64,000 nt of DNA from Lama guanicoe (lineage: Eukaryota), in the NCBI GenBank assembly GCA_013239625.1, contig MU054187.1, positions 10,933,231 through 10,997,230 on the forward strand, read 5' to 3'. Positions 1 through 12,819 of this stretch are shown in pieces; position 1 is the stretch's first letter, and every line of letters starts with the position of its first letter. The position numbers were made by a program, and so were the translations under genes. The notes beneath the pieces are model-generated. The model saw nothing but the letters and a program-made list of their open reading frames with translations, had not been told where the DNA came from and did no database searches.

Positions 1-79
1 TCATCCTCATTGTCATCATAGCTCATTAAATCTGTGTCTACTCTGTTCTTACAGTGGTCTGAGGGCTTCACAGAAAATT

Positions 80-240
80 ATCTCTCATTTTCATAGTATT
101 CCAACGAGGCAGGCATTATTAGCCCTAATTTTCAAGATTAAGAAATAGAAGCCCTAAAAAGTTAATATATCCATAGTTACAGAGTTAGTATATGTTGGAA
201 CTGGAATTCACGAGACATTCTCTTTTGTTCTAAAGCCTAT
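80..240 (-). mobile_element. MIR SINE relic
   Basis: Degenerate match to the MIR core (attagccctaattttcaagattaagaaatagaagccc...gttacagagttagt...ggaattc). Confidence 0.6.
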
Positions 241-1591
241 GGATTTTATACTGTATTTTGTTCTTCCAAAATTGTTTGAGCATATACTAGCTGGAAGGCA
301 CCATGCACAAAAGAATAGGAAAATAAAGCATTATTATTGGAGAAGGCAGAAGATCCCTCTCCAATAATAATGGAAAAGGGACTCTATTATTGGAAACCTC
401 AGTGTTTTAGGAAATTTACGTTGTGTTTAATGCTAGTGGACCCTTGGGTAAGCTGGAGCAGTGACCATAATTTATCCCATATTGTAATACGACAGTTCCT
501 AGCTCAATATATGCTTGCTCTAAGCAGATTTCAAATATTCTGGCTTGCTTCCAGGAAGAACACAGAGCTTGTAATTTCAATTACATGGCATTTCAAGTAG
601 AACCATGTCCTAATCCTGGGTGGAGGGATTAGAGTTGACTGCCAGGACAACAACAAGGTTCAGAGGAGGATTATTGTTTTTAGATCATTTTAAGGACCCA
701 AGTGGACCAGCTTACCACTGTGCTTGAAAACATCCCAAAGGCTAAAGGACTTAGTACTTGGCGAACCTTATTAGAAAAATGTAGATTGTGTGAAGTGGTT
801 GTATACAGGGTCTCACTGGAAAGCTAAAACTTTTGCATTTCACATTGTGTTGAGGGGTTAAAGGACTGAATTACAATTAGTCTCCGAAACTATGGGTTAG
901 GATTTGTTTGATACAAAGGTGTAACAACAGCTGTTAGAAATATTTGGCTGTATTAAAGGAAACAAACAAACAAAAATCTTCAAGCCTGAGTAGATAGACA
1001 ATAAGAGGATAGAACGGATGTATTAATTATTTTGTTATGACATTGCTTTCTGAAATTATTAGTAAAATTTACATTGGATTGAAATTTTAAAAATAAAAAA
1101 ATATTTGTTCTGTTAATTTAAAAAATTAATCATATTACAAATAATTTCTTAAAATCTCATATAAATTCAGGTGTATCACAAGGTCAAATCACAAGATAAA
1201 AGTCTGAGAGCTCATTATGTTTGAGTTAATTGCAGTCCCAACTTCACGGGCTCAAAGGATACGGAGAACCCTAATAGCAGTTCCATTCTCAAACATCTGC
1301 TTTGAGATCCTCCTGCTTTTCCTCAACTTCTCCAGGTTAAAGGAAGCTAAGACCTCAAGATGAAGAACACACCTCTGTTTAACTTGTGAGAGAGCTCTTT
1401 CTTATTTAGAGTGATCAAAATTTAGTACCTTTTACTTTCCACAGGTGGTGTTGACGTCTCATTAAATTCAGCTTCCCTGCCTTTGGAGTCCATGAACAAA
1501 CAATCCCTCGAAACCTTTTAAACTATTTCCCTGGCAAGGCTTGTAACTGTGAGTCCAGCCTTGTCATCTAGGATGCTCCCTTGGTAGCATT

Positions 1592-1800
1592 TTGAGCATG
1601 TGCTGGAGCTGGCTCACAGTGGCTCCCCGGGGATGGTAGTGCCATCTTTCCCAGCTCTGTGGACAGTGACATCACACTGGCAGCTTGAAATCAGCCCTGC
1701 TGGAATATTTAAACTACAGAAATCAGCAAATGTTGCATACTAAGAGCCTTAATTTTTCCTCTAGAGAACTGACTCTTAAACTTCTACCAGCACATCACTG
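1592..1800. mobile_element. MER63-like hAT DNA transposon relic
   Basis: tgtgctggagctggctc...cagtgacatcacactggcagcttgaaatcagcc...accagcacatcactg, with imperfect terminal inverted ends. Confidence 0.7.
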
Positions 1801-4192
1801 ATACTAAGAATCCGGGTAGAAATACAGAGAATGATGCTGTAGAAACTGACAGGTCACTTCTTCTGGGTATCACTGGCAAAACTTATTGTGCATGCACGGC
1901 TGGGGCTCCCAGGCCTGTCTCCCAGGAACTTGTATCCTTCTAGAGAATTCCACAGAGCTAAGTATATGAGATGTGATCAGGATTTTTCAAATTTAATTAA
2001 AGTGGAGGAATTTTCTTCCATTCTTCCATAAAATATCAATGAGATGCCATATTCTGTGGATCAGAGACGGACTGGTTGAGGGGAAAATATTTCTTAATTT
2101 CAACGTTATGTGGTATGTTTAGACCAGCATTTCTTTTTAACTAGCTTTGAATTATGGGTGTGTTTTTCTTTATTAATATCAGGAAACGCCCCATAAATTT
2201 GTAGATAGTTTTTTGTTTCCTTGAGAGGAGTATGGCTCCGATTCCCTACCAATCCACCAGAGAATGCTGATTTTTTAAAAAATGATAGATAGTATCTTAT
2301 AAAGCTCTGTACTGCTGTGAATTGTTTTGTTCCTCAAGGAATGCTTAAAGCAAAATGACAAATAGCATATTTTTGGTCATAACATTGGAATATTGAAAAC
2401 ATGCAGAGCAAATGATCAGTATTTTATAAAAAATGAGCACCCTTGGATCATATAGATGTGCTTGTGAACACTGAGCAAGTGCCCAGTTCCGTTAATCAAC
2501 TGAGATGTATTTATTAAGTTATTAATATGGCCCCTTTCACCACACTCATTGCACAAACTTCAGAGAATAAAGGTAGAAAGTGAAATGGTTTTAACCCTCG
2601 AGACATTCTGATTCTCTTAGGAGGATTATCTAAATACACCAGGATGAAAGGTGTTGAGTAAATTGTATGATACAGACTGAATACATAACATCAGTTTAGA
2701 GGCAGGAGAGCCTCCCAGAGGTTCGAAGAGTTAGAGTCAATGTCAGTGGAGGATTGAACTTGGTCTTTGTGCCACAGAAGTCATTTCTGATCTTTTGTTT
2801 TACTATTTGACATAGTACCTCTTTCTATCTCTGCAAAGGGGAAGTGTAAAGAAGATAGACAACTGCGAGCCTCAGGTACTTTGACGTGACCCTCCTTTAG
2901 AAATTTGCAGATGCAGATTCCATATGACTCAGATAGGCCCGGTCCCACGAATCATACTTTCAAATTCTTTTTTTTGTTTCTTTTTTAGAATATGGTTTCT
3001 AACATGATAAAGAGGATTCTGATGTGTCAATAACATGCTGCATATTGTGGAAATTGACTACTAACTTTGCTCTGTCATGCGTGGCCCTTCCATGACATTT
3101 CTGGAGAGGAACAGTCATGGTCAGTGGTGCCAAGCTTTTCTGTGGCTGCTAGAGGGATCAAGCCAGCTCCCGTCAGAAGCAGGAAGCCCTGAGAACAAGC
3201 CCCCTACATTCTGTACAGGTTCCCATTTCTGTGGTTGACGTCTAGTATGTTCTTGCAAGCAATTCTGTGCATGTATTAATTTTTTTTTAATTACTTGGAA
3301 ACAATGGCAAGAGTAATTTGGTTAAACAAAGTGCCTAAAAATATAGAGCGACATGGATCTTTTTATGCTATGGGCAAAAACAAACTAATAAATCATACCG
3401 TAAACTAATAACACATACCGTTGACCTTAGAAATGGAAAAGTATATCCTGAAAGTGTTACTTCTACATTTTTTTTCCCCTAAAGCTATGTTAAATTGCTA
3501 CCTTAGTTCAAAGTGGGGAAAAGAAGGCAAAACCTGCCACCAGGAGTAAAGTTGACAAGTATATTCTTTCATGATTACTTTGTATTACGGTGTAAAATTC
3601 CCTTTCCATGTAAACAAGGCTTTTAAGAATCTGGAAAGGAATGTTAAACAGCAGGTGAAGGTTGGAACCTTGAGGCCAAAGAAGACGTTAAGTAAACTTA
3701 ACCCACCCAAATTACCTTGAAACTTGACTAAATCTAGAGCCTGGAAAAGAATTCCAAAGTCCCTCCTGATCATAGTGAATTAATGCCAGAATTAACTGAA
3801 GCTGTAGTATTTGCACAGAGAACCTCTGGGATTTTTAAGAAGATGGAAATGCAAAGACAACTCTAATAGGCTCTATCTTTGAAATTCTTTAGAAACTTTT
3901 AAGGAGAAATGAATGTCATAGTCCATCAAGCATGGAAGAAGTATATATTGAAATATTTACACAAAAAGTCTAGTTTTATGCAAAAGCCAAGATCTCTCAG
4001 GGCAACTGTTGTATGTGTATGTCTATGTAATTTGTCTAGCCATAGGATAGTCACATCAAACACTTTTCAATAGTTACTTAACCTTTAGTTAACAAATAGT
4101 ACTTAATTTTTTTTTTTTTGTATTCCAAATCTTCCTGGAAATATTTAAGCTCTTAGGAGATTTCTGAACTTTGTATAAAACTGAAAATTTGA

Positions 4193-4342
4193 GGAGGGAG
4201 GGTATAGCTCAGTGGTGGAGTGTGTGCCTCGCATGCGTGAGGTCCTGGGTTCAATCCCCAATACCTCCCTCAAAAAGTATAAATAAATAAATAAACCTAA
4301 TTACCTCCCCCCGCCAAAAAAAAAAAACCTAAAAAAAAAAAA
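4193..4342 (+). mobile_element. tRNA-derived SINE, camelid Vic-1-like
   Basis: A box TAGCTCAGTGG, B box GGTTCAATCC, (TAAA)n plus A-rich tail, and TSD gaaaatttga (4183-4192) / gaaaattcga (4343-4352). Confidence 0.88.
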
Positions 4343-5744
4343 GAAAATTCGATAACACTAGAATGCAATTTTTTGTTGCTCATTCCAATGAAATGATGTG
4401 TGCTGTGTCATTATAAATATTCACATTGTTTCAAATGTCTTCTTCACAACTTGCAGTAAGTATATCTTACTAGGCATGTGTAAGGGATATTTCTAGAAAA
4501 TAACAGAATCAGTCAGGGTCACCGACTTCAAAGTAGAGCCCAGGTTCAACCTTGAAAGAACTGTCATGATTTCACTGTCAAAGGAAAGTTGTATTCCAGA
4601 TTAGTGAGGTCTTCTGTTGAGAATTAATTCAATTAGAAACTAACTTATTCTATTTTGAAAAGTATAATTCTACTAAATTTCTAGCCTGCCATTCATTCAC
4701 TCATTATCATTCATAAATCCTTGATGTATTCATGTCAATGTTCATAACAATATCCCCAAATATTTGCTAAGCATTTGTGCTGGGTGTTCTGCCAAGTGTG
4801 CGGTGCTGAGGGGAGGGGCATGGTAATTCTGATTCTAAATTGAGTCCTGAAGGATGAAGAGAGGGTATCTATGCTTAATGGAAAATAATTCTTTTAAAGT
4901 AGGAAAATTTAAATATCATCTTAGTTAAGTACTCTGTATTTTTTTTTTTTTTGATTTCGGTTTGTTTTTTAAGTTCACTGACGTGTTCATTGGAAGGATA
5001 GTAAGGAATGTTAAGCTAAACTAGTTTGGGGGTGAATCTGCACACCACAACAATCTACATGCTCTATCTATAAATAAATATCCTCATCAGACTCTTGAAT
5101 AACTCAAATGGTGTTGATTGGTATGATTTTGAACAGGACTAGCTTGTTTCTTTGTGAAAATCCAGAGTCTTCACATACGGGTACTTCTTCCTATAGATGA
5201 AAGAGAACTCTTATTTAGTTAAACGCAGTTGACAGAGGCTTAATAGATGATTTACACACAGAGTGATCAGATGCATACCGAGTATATTATTCACGCATTG
5301 AAACAATTCCCCCATCAGAACATGAAAAATGAGCATCATATCAGTGTACTTGCATTCTGCAGTCAAAATGTTAGAGTGGAAATAAATTTAGTTCCATTTG
5401 AGTCTTGCTGCGCAACTGATAAAAAGTGAACTTTTATTATTTATCTATTATCTGTTATTGCACTTTTCTTATAATCAAGGTCTTTCAAGCCAACTTTGAA
5501 AATGAAGATTGAACCCTGTACCATCAATAGGAAAGTTCTGTAACTTCTGTGTCCCTTCAAAGTATCTACTGTTAAGCTCAGGAGACAGTGGGGCAGGGAT
5601 GCTCCTTAACCAGTTCATGTTAACAAGTTCGCTAGGTTAAAAATAAAAATACTGCCTGCGTTGAATTTTATAATGAGTCTGTGCAAAGTTTTCCAAATTT
5701 AAATATAGACCAAGCCAAATCTTATATTTGTTCCAAAACTAAAG

Positions 5745-5920
5745 ACAATGTGCAATGGTAGACCTTGGACTCCAGAGTTCTACAGCCCAAGGTCATATCT
5801 GACTTCAGTGTTTTTAGCTCTGAGATACTAGGCAAGTAATATGGCCTCTCTGAACTGAGTATTTTCACTCATAAAACCGACGTTTTACATATGCAGGAAG
5901 GATGAGCTGAGACTATTTAT
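5745..5920 (+). mobile_element. MIR SINE relic
   Basis: tagctctgagatactaggcaagtaatatggcctctctgaactgagtattttcactcataaaa resembles the MIR core. Confidence 0.6.
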
Positions 5921-6009
5921 ATGTCAGATACTAAAAATGGTAACTGTGGAACTTGTTCACAGTTGCTCCAGATTATCTTGGGTTCTTGGATGCAAATAGT
6001 CCAACAGAG

Positions 6010-6130
6010 TATCATTCAGTCGATCAGCAGATGTTTACAGGTGTCTGCCGGATGCCTAGCACTCTGATCGCACTGGGGACGCATCTGTGAGGAGGTTCAG
6101 CCTTCATCCTTCGGGGGCTTCTGGTCTGTT
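6010..6130 (-). mobile_element. L2 3'-end relic
   Basis: tcattcagtcgatcagcagatgtttacaggtgtctgcc...gcactggggac resembles the reverse of the L2 tail. Confidence 0.55.
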
Positions 6131-9100
6131 CACCGAGTCACAAAACGAAGGGCGCTGCGGCCAGCCTGTGACGGCAGCAGGAGAAGTCACAGAGGCAAGG
6201 GTCTCGTAGAAACAATAAAACGGGCTTGCCTCCCCTCTGACGCCCCATGTAGATTTATTAAAAACTTACTGGTTTTTGGTAACCCCAGCCTTTGTATCAT
6301 AGCAGCAGATTTCCAAGCTAACCTAGAGTCCAGATGGCAATACAGCACGGCTCTTTTACGAAGTTGAATTCAAGCCACACTCCTTAGTCAGCAGTTGACG
6401 TGGCTGCGACTGTCAGGCCGGAGTGTCTTCTCCCGAAGCAAGTGAAATATGAACATATTTACATTAGTTCCATGAATCCAGGGAGTGTAGCGTCATTATT
6501 AAGAACTATCCGTCTTTAATTGAGCTTTTCAAGTCTGCTAACTTTCTCCCAGATTCAGGCGGGAAGAGTTATAAGGGACGGTGGCGGCCTGCTGTCTGCA
6601 CGGGGGCCTGGGGCCCCTCACAGCCGCGCTTCTCTTCACCCCGAGCAGAGACTGTAGAACGTGCGGATTATTCCTAGACTTCTTGCGCTAGTCTTACAGG
6701 CTCACCCGATTAAATAAGAAATATAGTAAGTAGGCTTCCTTAGCAAACGGCCATGGCTTTCCTTGAAGGTGGAAAACTGTTGTGAACTCAGCCGTAAAGG
6801 CTGTGAGACTTACATTTGCTTTTCCTGCGACTATTCTTAGAAACACTAGCACAGCTATCATCTTGCAGGCATTCCATACAGTAGTGCTGAAAATAAAAAT
6901 TAATTACTTTAGCTTTAACTGTTTGCATTTCCAAGAATGCCAGAGCTTTTGAAGAAAGCACTGTTTTAATACTTCTATATAGACATGTGTACATGTACAT
7001 ATCACACAGTCTGTTTTTCTCTAAACCATTCTAGCCAAATATTTGCATATGTGTAGCCAAATTCACATTTTTCTACTCATTATATACATAGCCATTTTAC
7101 TTAAGGGAGGAAAAATATTAAATTATTGGACAAATTTAAAATGAACATCTACCAACCCTACAAGAAAATACTGTCCCTTCACTTCATCGAAAACAACCAA
7201 GGAGGATCTCGCCTGCCTTCACGCAGAAGGAGTGAAAACTAGAAACATGTAATTTTGAATTTTCTTGTTGCTCCACATGTGCACCATTAGCTCCGCTGTC
7301 TTGATCTCTCCCAGCGTGGGGCCTCAGGAGCCAGTCTGCCAGAAGTGGGAGCTCCCCAACATTAAACTCTCAAGAGACCCCTTTTCATTATTCAGGCACC
7401 ACTGTCCAAAGCAAAGCTAACCATTGAAGACCTTCCTACTTCATTGTCCTGCATTAGATGCAGCAGGGTTATGAGAGTGGGCGACAAAAGTCAGTCTAAC
7501 TATCCCCGTAGTACCAACCTGCCTCAGTTTAGATGCCCGACTTTGGAACTTCAGGAAGAGATCAAGTTTCCTAAGGGGAGGAAATGGAACGGAAGTTCAG
7601 CACAAGAGCAATACAAGACAACTTTTCCCTCAACGAGGAACTACCACCTGATCTTGCCCCCAGGACTTCAGACAGCAGCTCTCCCCTAAAACTGCCTGCT
7701 CCCATCTATATTGTAATACTGCTCTAGAACAGTGCCTCCTCATTTTGAGAGAAAAATCCATCTCCATGAAACTTTTATCTGTATGCCCTAATTTTGCTCT
7801 CTGGAACAAGAAAGAACTCTAATTTCCTCTCCATCTTTTAAATCTTCAGGTAGTTAAATATCTCAGTCATTTTTTCTTTTAGTCTTCTGTCCTGATGAAA
7901 AACGAGCAACGTCTTCCATCCTCCCTCATGTGACCCTTTTTCTATACCTCTCTCCATTTTAATCACCTCCTCTTCCAACACACTGAACTCCAGTACAATA
8001 CTCTGACTTGATCAGCAATGGGCGGGTCAGCTGCTAACAGCCTGGAGGAACTCCTTGTGCTTTCGTGAATGATGCCTACTATTGAAATAGTTTTTCCAGT
8101 AACTTCCGCTGCGTTGCTGGTACACACTGGAGTTGTAGTCACCTAAAGTTCCCTTCTTTTTTTTTTTTTTTATATGAACTGTTATCTGGCCGTGTTTCTA
8201 TAATTCTGTATTTATGTGTTTCTTTTTCTTACAGCATGGTAGAGTATTTTACAATCAATTTCATTGGGTTAGTTTCAGCTTCTTGAAAATTTGAAAAATT
8301 TGAAAATTTATCGTTGTCATTGTTTTATCTCACTTGCCATCAAAGCTCTTTCTCATGTACAAAAGTGGCCAACATTTGTTTCCACTCACCTCCTTGGCTG
8401 GGCCACAGTCTGCTTAATTGTATGTGGCTGTCGGCCCTGGGTCTGGTGCTCTGCCAAAGGAGTGACGAAAAAATCTCCCAGTATTCTAAGGAAAAACTCC
8501 GTGTGGCAGGTGCCTTGATTAGCTTGATTTGTGTTGTCTCTGAGCTTCAAAGGGCATTCTGCAAGAGTTAGAAGAACTGTTTCCTTGGAGACCTCTGATC
8601 TTTAAAAATATTGAGGCTGCCTTTTCATGGCTTAGCTTTATTAAGTTGATATATTTAACTAACTAGCAATGGCCATAAGATGAGTTACATTTAACTTCTA
8701 ACCTGCAGTACTGCTATGAGTTTGAGACCAAGCTAAATAGTTTGACTGTGAAGTACATTGTCAAAATGTATCCAGGATTTCAAGTATTTATCTCAATTAA
8801 TACTGAGAGTGTATAAAATTAGGCTACACATGTTAAAAGAATTATTTTTTTCTCTTGAAATTTCTGGCTTTTAGATTCGCAGACCTGGCAGGAAATCTTT
8901 TTGGCTCCTCTGCCTCTGATCCTAGCTGTTTCTCACAAAATGCAAACACATGCAAAAACATTGTAATAAACCTCAATGTTCAGTCATGTTCAGTAAGACT
9001 TCAAAAGATGTTTGCTTTGAACTTGGTTCTTAAGATGGGCATACCTTCATGAGAATGGAAGATATCTTCTTACCCTCTATGATGTGGTTTGGCCCTTTTC

Positions 9101-10269
9101 AGGGGTCCAAAGTTAGCTTTGTTCTGTAAGGCACATTAAATTCACTTTTTCGGACTAGGAATTAACATAGAAATTTCTTCCTGTAGAACATCTTGGGGCT
9201 GTAGTTCCCAGAGGGGCAATGGTTTTAGACCATAAAGGAAAAACTGTACTGCATCAAAGACACTTGGGACATCATCATGAGTTCCACACTCTGTGCCCTG
9301 TCTTTGATTTAATGCATTGTGGTTCATAAGGTTGTTGGATGTTAGGTGATCCATGTAAACGCTGGTACCACTCCGTGGTTTAGAAAAATGTGAGACTAGG
9401 CTGACGGGACGGAGTACACCCTTTTTATTGGTAGCAGAGTACAATTGTAGAGATACCTTCAGTACAGATTTCTCCACATCTTCTCCTACTTTGTTTCCTT
9501 TCCAAGTTTTATCCAGCTTCCCTGATAATCACAGTGCAAAGCACACTGCTGGGGAGAAACCTGCCACTGAGCTCTGCTCAGATGGACCGACCACTGTGGC
9601 TGCCGGGCGCGGAGATCTCTTTTTGCTGGGTCTCTGGATCTCACTCTTTTACTGAGACTTACATTCTACCTTTAGTTTACTTTTGTTCATCTGTGTTTTG
9701 GAGCCATTATCCAACTCCAAGCAAACATAGTCCATTTTTCAAACGTCTTTGTCTAGTTCATATTTAGACTATATTTTCTGTGGCTCCTACTTAGATGTAA
9801 AATGTGACATTTCTCCCCCTTGCCACTAGAATCTCCCTGCTTCTGCCATTTCTGAACTATTCAAAACTTCTGCACAAAGTCTTTGTCCTTCTATGCTTCT
9901 AACCGCTTCTACTATCGTTTTGATTATTTAGCACCTTAAATTAGAAGTTTGTGCCTTTTGTAAGGGTCCTTATTCATCCTATAAGTATTTTGGAATGGTT
10001 TTTCAATACCAAGTCCTGCACTAAATATTATGGACGTTCAAGAGATAGTTGTGTTTGCTGCTCAGACAGCTTTGATGGTATCCTCAGAGCAGACCAAGGC
10101 TGTACCCCTCTGCCTAGGAGGAGTTCATGAGATCAGGTTGACGAGTGCACCTGGAGCCTGACCATGTGCTAAGTACCAGGGTTCTGGAATCTGCTGCCCA
10201 GATGACCCCAAGCCCACCTCCTGGACCTGCATGGGCCTCTTTCCCAAGTCCGTCCTTCCCAGAAGCTCA

Positions 10270-10624
10270 ATTCGAGGCCTGAGGAGTGGGCAGGAGGCAG
10301 ATGTTTCGGGAGGGTGTAAATGAGCTTCGCGACGGGGCAGGGATCCCCACCCGTGCGCTCAACAAAGACCCTTGCGGCGCAGCGCAGGGCGCAGGGGATA
10401 AGAAGGGCACAAAGAAATGAGGGCAGGGCCGGTGCTGCCTTCCTGCCCTCCCTTTTCTGCCAAGCTGTGGTGCAGAACTTGAGGGAATATAAGAATTCTG
10501 AATCTGAAGCTGGCCTGCCAAGTTTGATCGAAAGTCAGAGTAGATTACATGCAATAATTTGTTGGCAAGTGTGAGCCTGTGCGACCTCTTGCTTCAGGCC
10601 CCGCAAATGTTAAGGGTGGGTCTG
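10270..10624. mobile_element. MER102-like hAT DNA transposon relic
   Basis: Ends in ggccccgcaaatgttaagggtgggtctg, with internal aattctgaatctgaagctggcc. Confidence 0.5.
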
Positions 10625-11194
10625 TGGACCTGACAATGTAAGAGTGACTATTTTAGGCCAAGGCAGTCAGCTTGGAGGTGATTCAGTGTGACTGGAGTGT
10701 TGGGAGGGTCCGAGGTTGAAGAGTAAGCGGGGTCAGGAACAGAGTCTTGTGAAGGATGCTGTCTTACTCCGTTTTCTCAACAATCCATTTCTCTCGACTT
10801 GTGTCATTTGCTTCTTTCTACTTCTGATGTCCTAGACTTTTTAAAGTCCCTTTTATCTCACCTTCAGTCTCAACCTTCCATTTTCCCTTGAATTTACTAG
10901 TGAAAATTTATTTGTATATGAAGTTATTCAGCAATTACCTGTCATTGAAAGTGCACAATTCTTTTAAAGGAAGTGACACAAAAATAAGAACAGATACATT
11001 AAAAAGTAGCATCTGATTTCCCCAGTCGGGTTTCCTTCCCAGCTATATTCTTAAAGAAAAACACATCCCTGATTTTCCTACCTTACATGCTGTGAGGTTG
11101 GTTTTCTCTTTCATTTGCTAAAAATCTCCTAGCACTAGTACTGATACTTCCTACCCTGATTACCTGATTAGCGGTGATGACAGCCAGGGTTTTA

Positions 11195-11385
11195 GCCTGG
11201 TCTTCCACGCCTTTCAGACATTACTTCGTTTTAATCCTCACAATGATGCACGAGGCACATGGTGTTATCACCACTTACAGATGAGGAAGTTGAGACCCAG
11301 GGAAGTTACGTAACCTGCGCTTGAGCATAAGTGGCAGAACCTTGGTCTGAACTCATATTTGCTTGACTCTAAAACCTTTGCACTC
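11195..11385 (-). mobile_element. MIR SINE relic
   Basis: taatcctcacaa...ttacagatgaggaagttgagacccagggaagttacgtaacctgc. Confidence 0.75.
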
Positions 11386-12819
11386 TTGACTCTTTAGGAC
11401 ATCACCATCTTTTGCCACGTTCTGACAATACGCAGAGTCAAGGCCAAGTCTTAGTCCAGTGACCAGCCCACACTAAACTCATATTAAACAGAAAAAATAC
11501 TGTAGTCTGTGAAACACACGTTAGTGGGAATTACCTTTTCAAATTTCCCTAGAGACTACAGGTAAAACTTCACAGTTAGTCACTGTGATACTTTGAGTAG
11601 GTTAAAGACCTCATTTATCTTCCCCTCTGAGTTACTTCTCTTATTTATTTAGAGGTCACTTCTTTTTCTTGGAAAGTTACTCATGCTTCTATGCACTTCC
11701 GCCAAGCACGTCACACCGCTCCTAGTGACACTGTTTATGACGTCGGCTGCCAAGTTTGGGACAGGCTAGATAAAGTTAATTCATACATTTTATTTGTTTG
11801 GTTTGAACCTGAATTCTGCAGATAGCATTCTCTTTGGATCACTTAAGGATCAATTAAAAAACAGAAATTAGCCCTTCTCAAATGAATGTGTTAAGGATTA
11901 AAAATATGCTTTTAAGTTACATCTGCACTATACTACCTGCATTTATTTACAAGTCAGTGAAAAAGAATTTCTCTTACAAAGTTTAAATTATTCTGCAGCT
12001 CTTTAATGTGTGTTCAATAATGCAAGGGTGTCTGAAATGTGAAACTGGTCTTTTTGTTGTTGTTGAATTTAAAAAATCAGAGACATATGTTAAAAGAAAC
12101 CAACACAAAATTATTTGTGTCCATGCATCTGTTAGAAAAATATGCTTCCCTCAATGTAAAGAAATGCCTCGTATTGTTACTTATCTAAAACACCGATCAC
12201 TTTTAAAATTAAGGAAACGTGGGCTGAGAACAAGAGAGACATGAGAGTCTTGGTATTTCCTGAGCCCTGGGTTTCTGTTTTCCTGCAGGCTCCCATCTGA
12301 GTCACGGTTCAGGAAGTTGGTCACCTTAGCCATTTAGGCATTTTGCAAAGATACAGGTTAATTTAATTTTAAAAGAATACATTGTATGTTTGGTTTAAAT
12401 TATGAGGCTGACATTCATTTTTCACTGACCTCAGAGAATTTATACAGGTACTTTACAGATTCCCGAGTGACATCTATTGATTTTTTTAAAAGCTTAATGG
12501 AACAGAATTGAGAAGCTTAATTATTTCAAATGGTAAAAATCAAAATTGCCAACTGATTTTTATGAGGTCAGTGTTACAATTAGATTAGCTTAAGATTGAA
12601 TCAAAATGATAAGTGTGCCCTTTAACTACTTTTGTAGATATATAACCAACAATTTACATAGACTCATTTACACAGACCGAAAGATTTGGATCAATGGGGG
12701 ATTAGACACGTGACCATGTAGACACAGCCAACCATAAATAGAGCATGATAACATTTCACTCTCATTTTTTAAGCGCTTCATTTGGACTTTATAGTGATAT
12801 CCATAACAATATAGTTTAA

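Larger units (their letters stand above)
716..9521 (-). pseudogene. Candidate antisense micro-exon chain (up to 12 exons, 600 nt); product unknown
   Basis: AG/GT-flanked segments with 84-194 nt introns at 2.8-3.7 kb; one frame carries only a TAG TAG pair. Exons were chosen by eye, so selection bias is possible. Confidence 0.35.

Noticed and set aside
4196..4270. tRNA gene
   Set aside because: It has A/B boxes but is followed by an A-rich tail and flanked by a TSD, so it is a tRNA-derived SINE head.
6814..6886. HYCMECLQDDSCAS resembling half of a ZZ/B-box zinc finger
   Set aside because: The fourth Cys is missing, restoring it needs a frameshift into a stop-rich frame, and another frame is equally open.
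9142..9477. 111-aa minus-strand ORF as a processed pseudogene or standalone gene
   Set aside because: GTG start, no recognisable parent gene, no polyA tail or TSD. Only its flanking splice-bounded pieces are kept as candidates.
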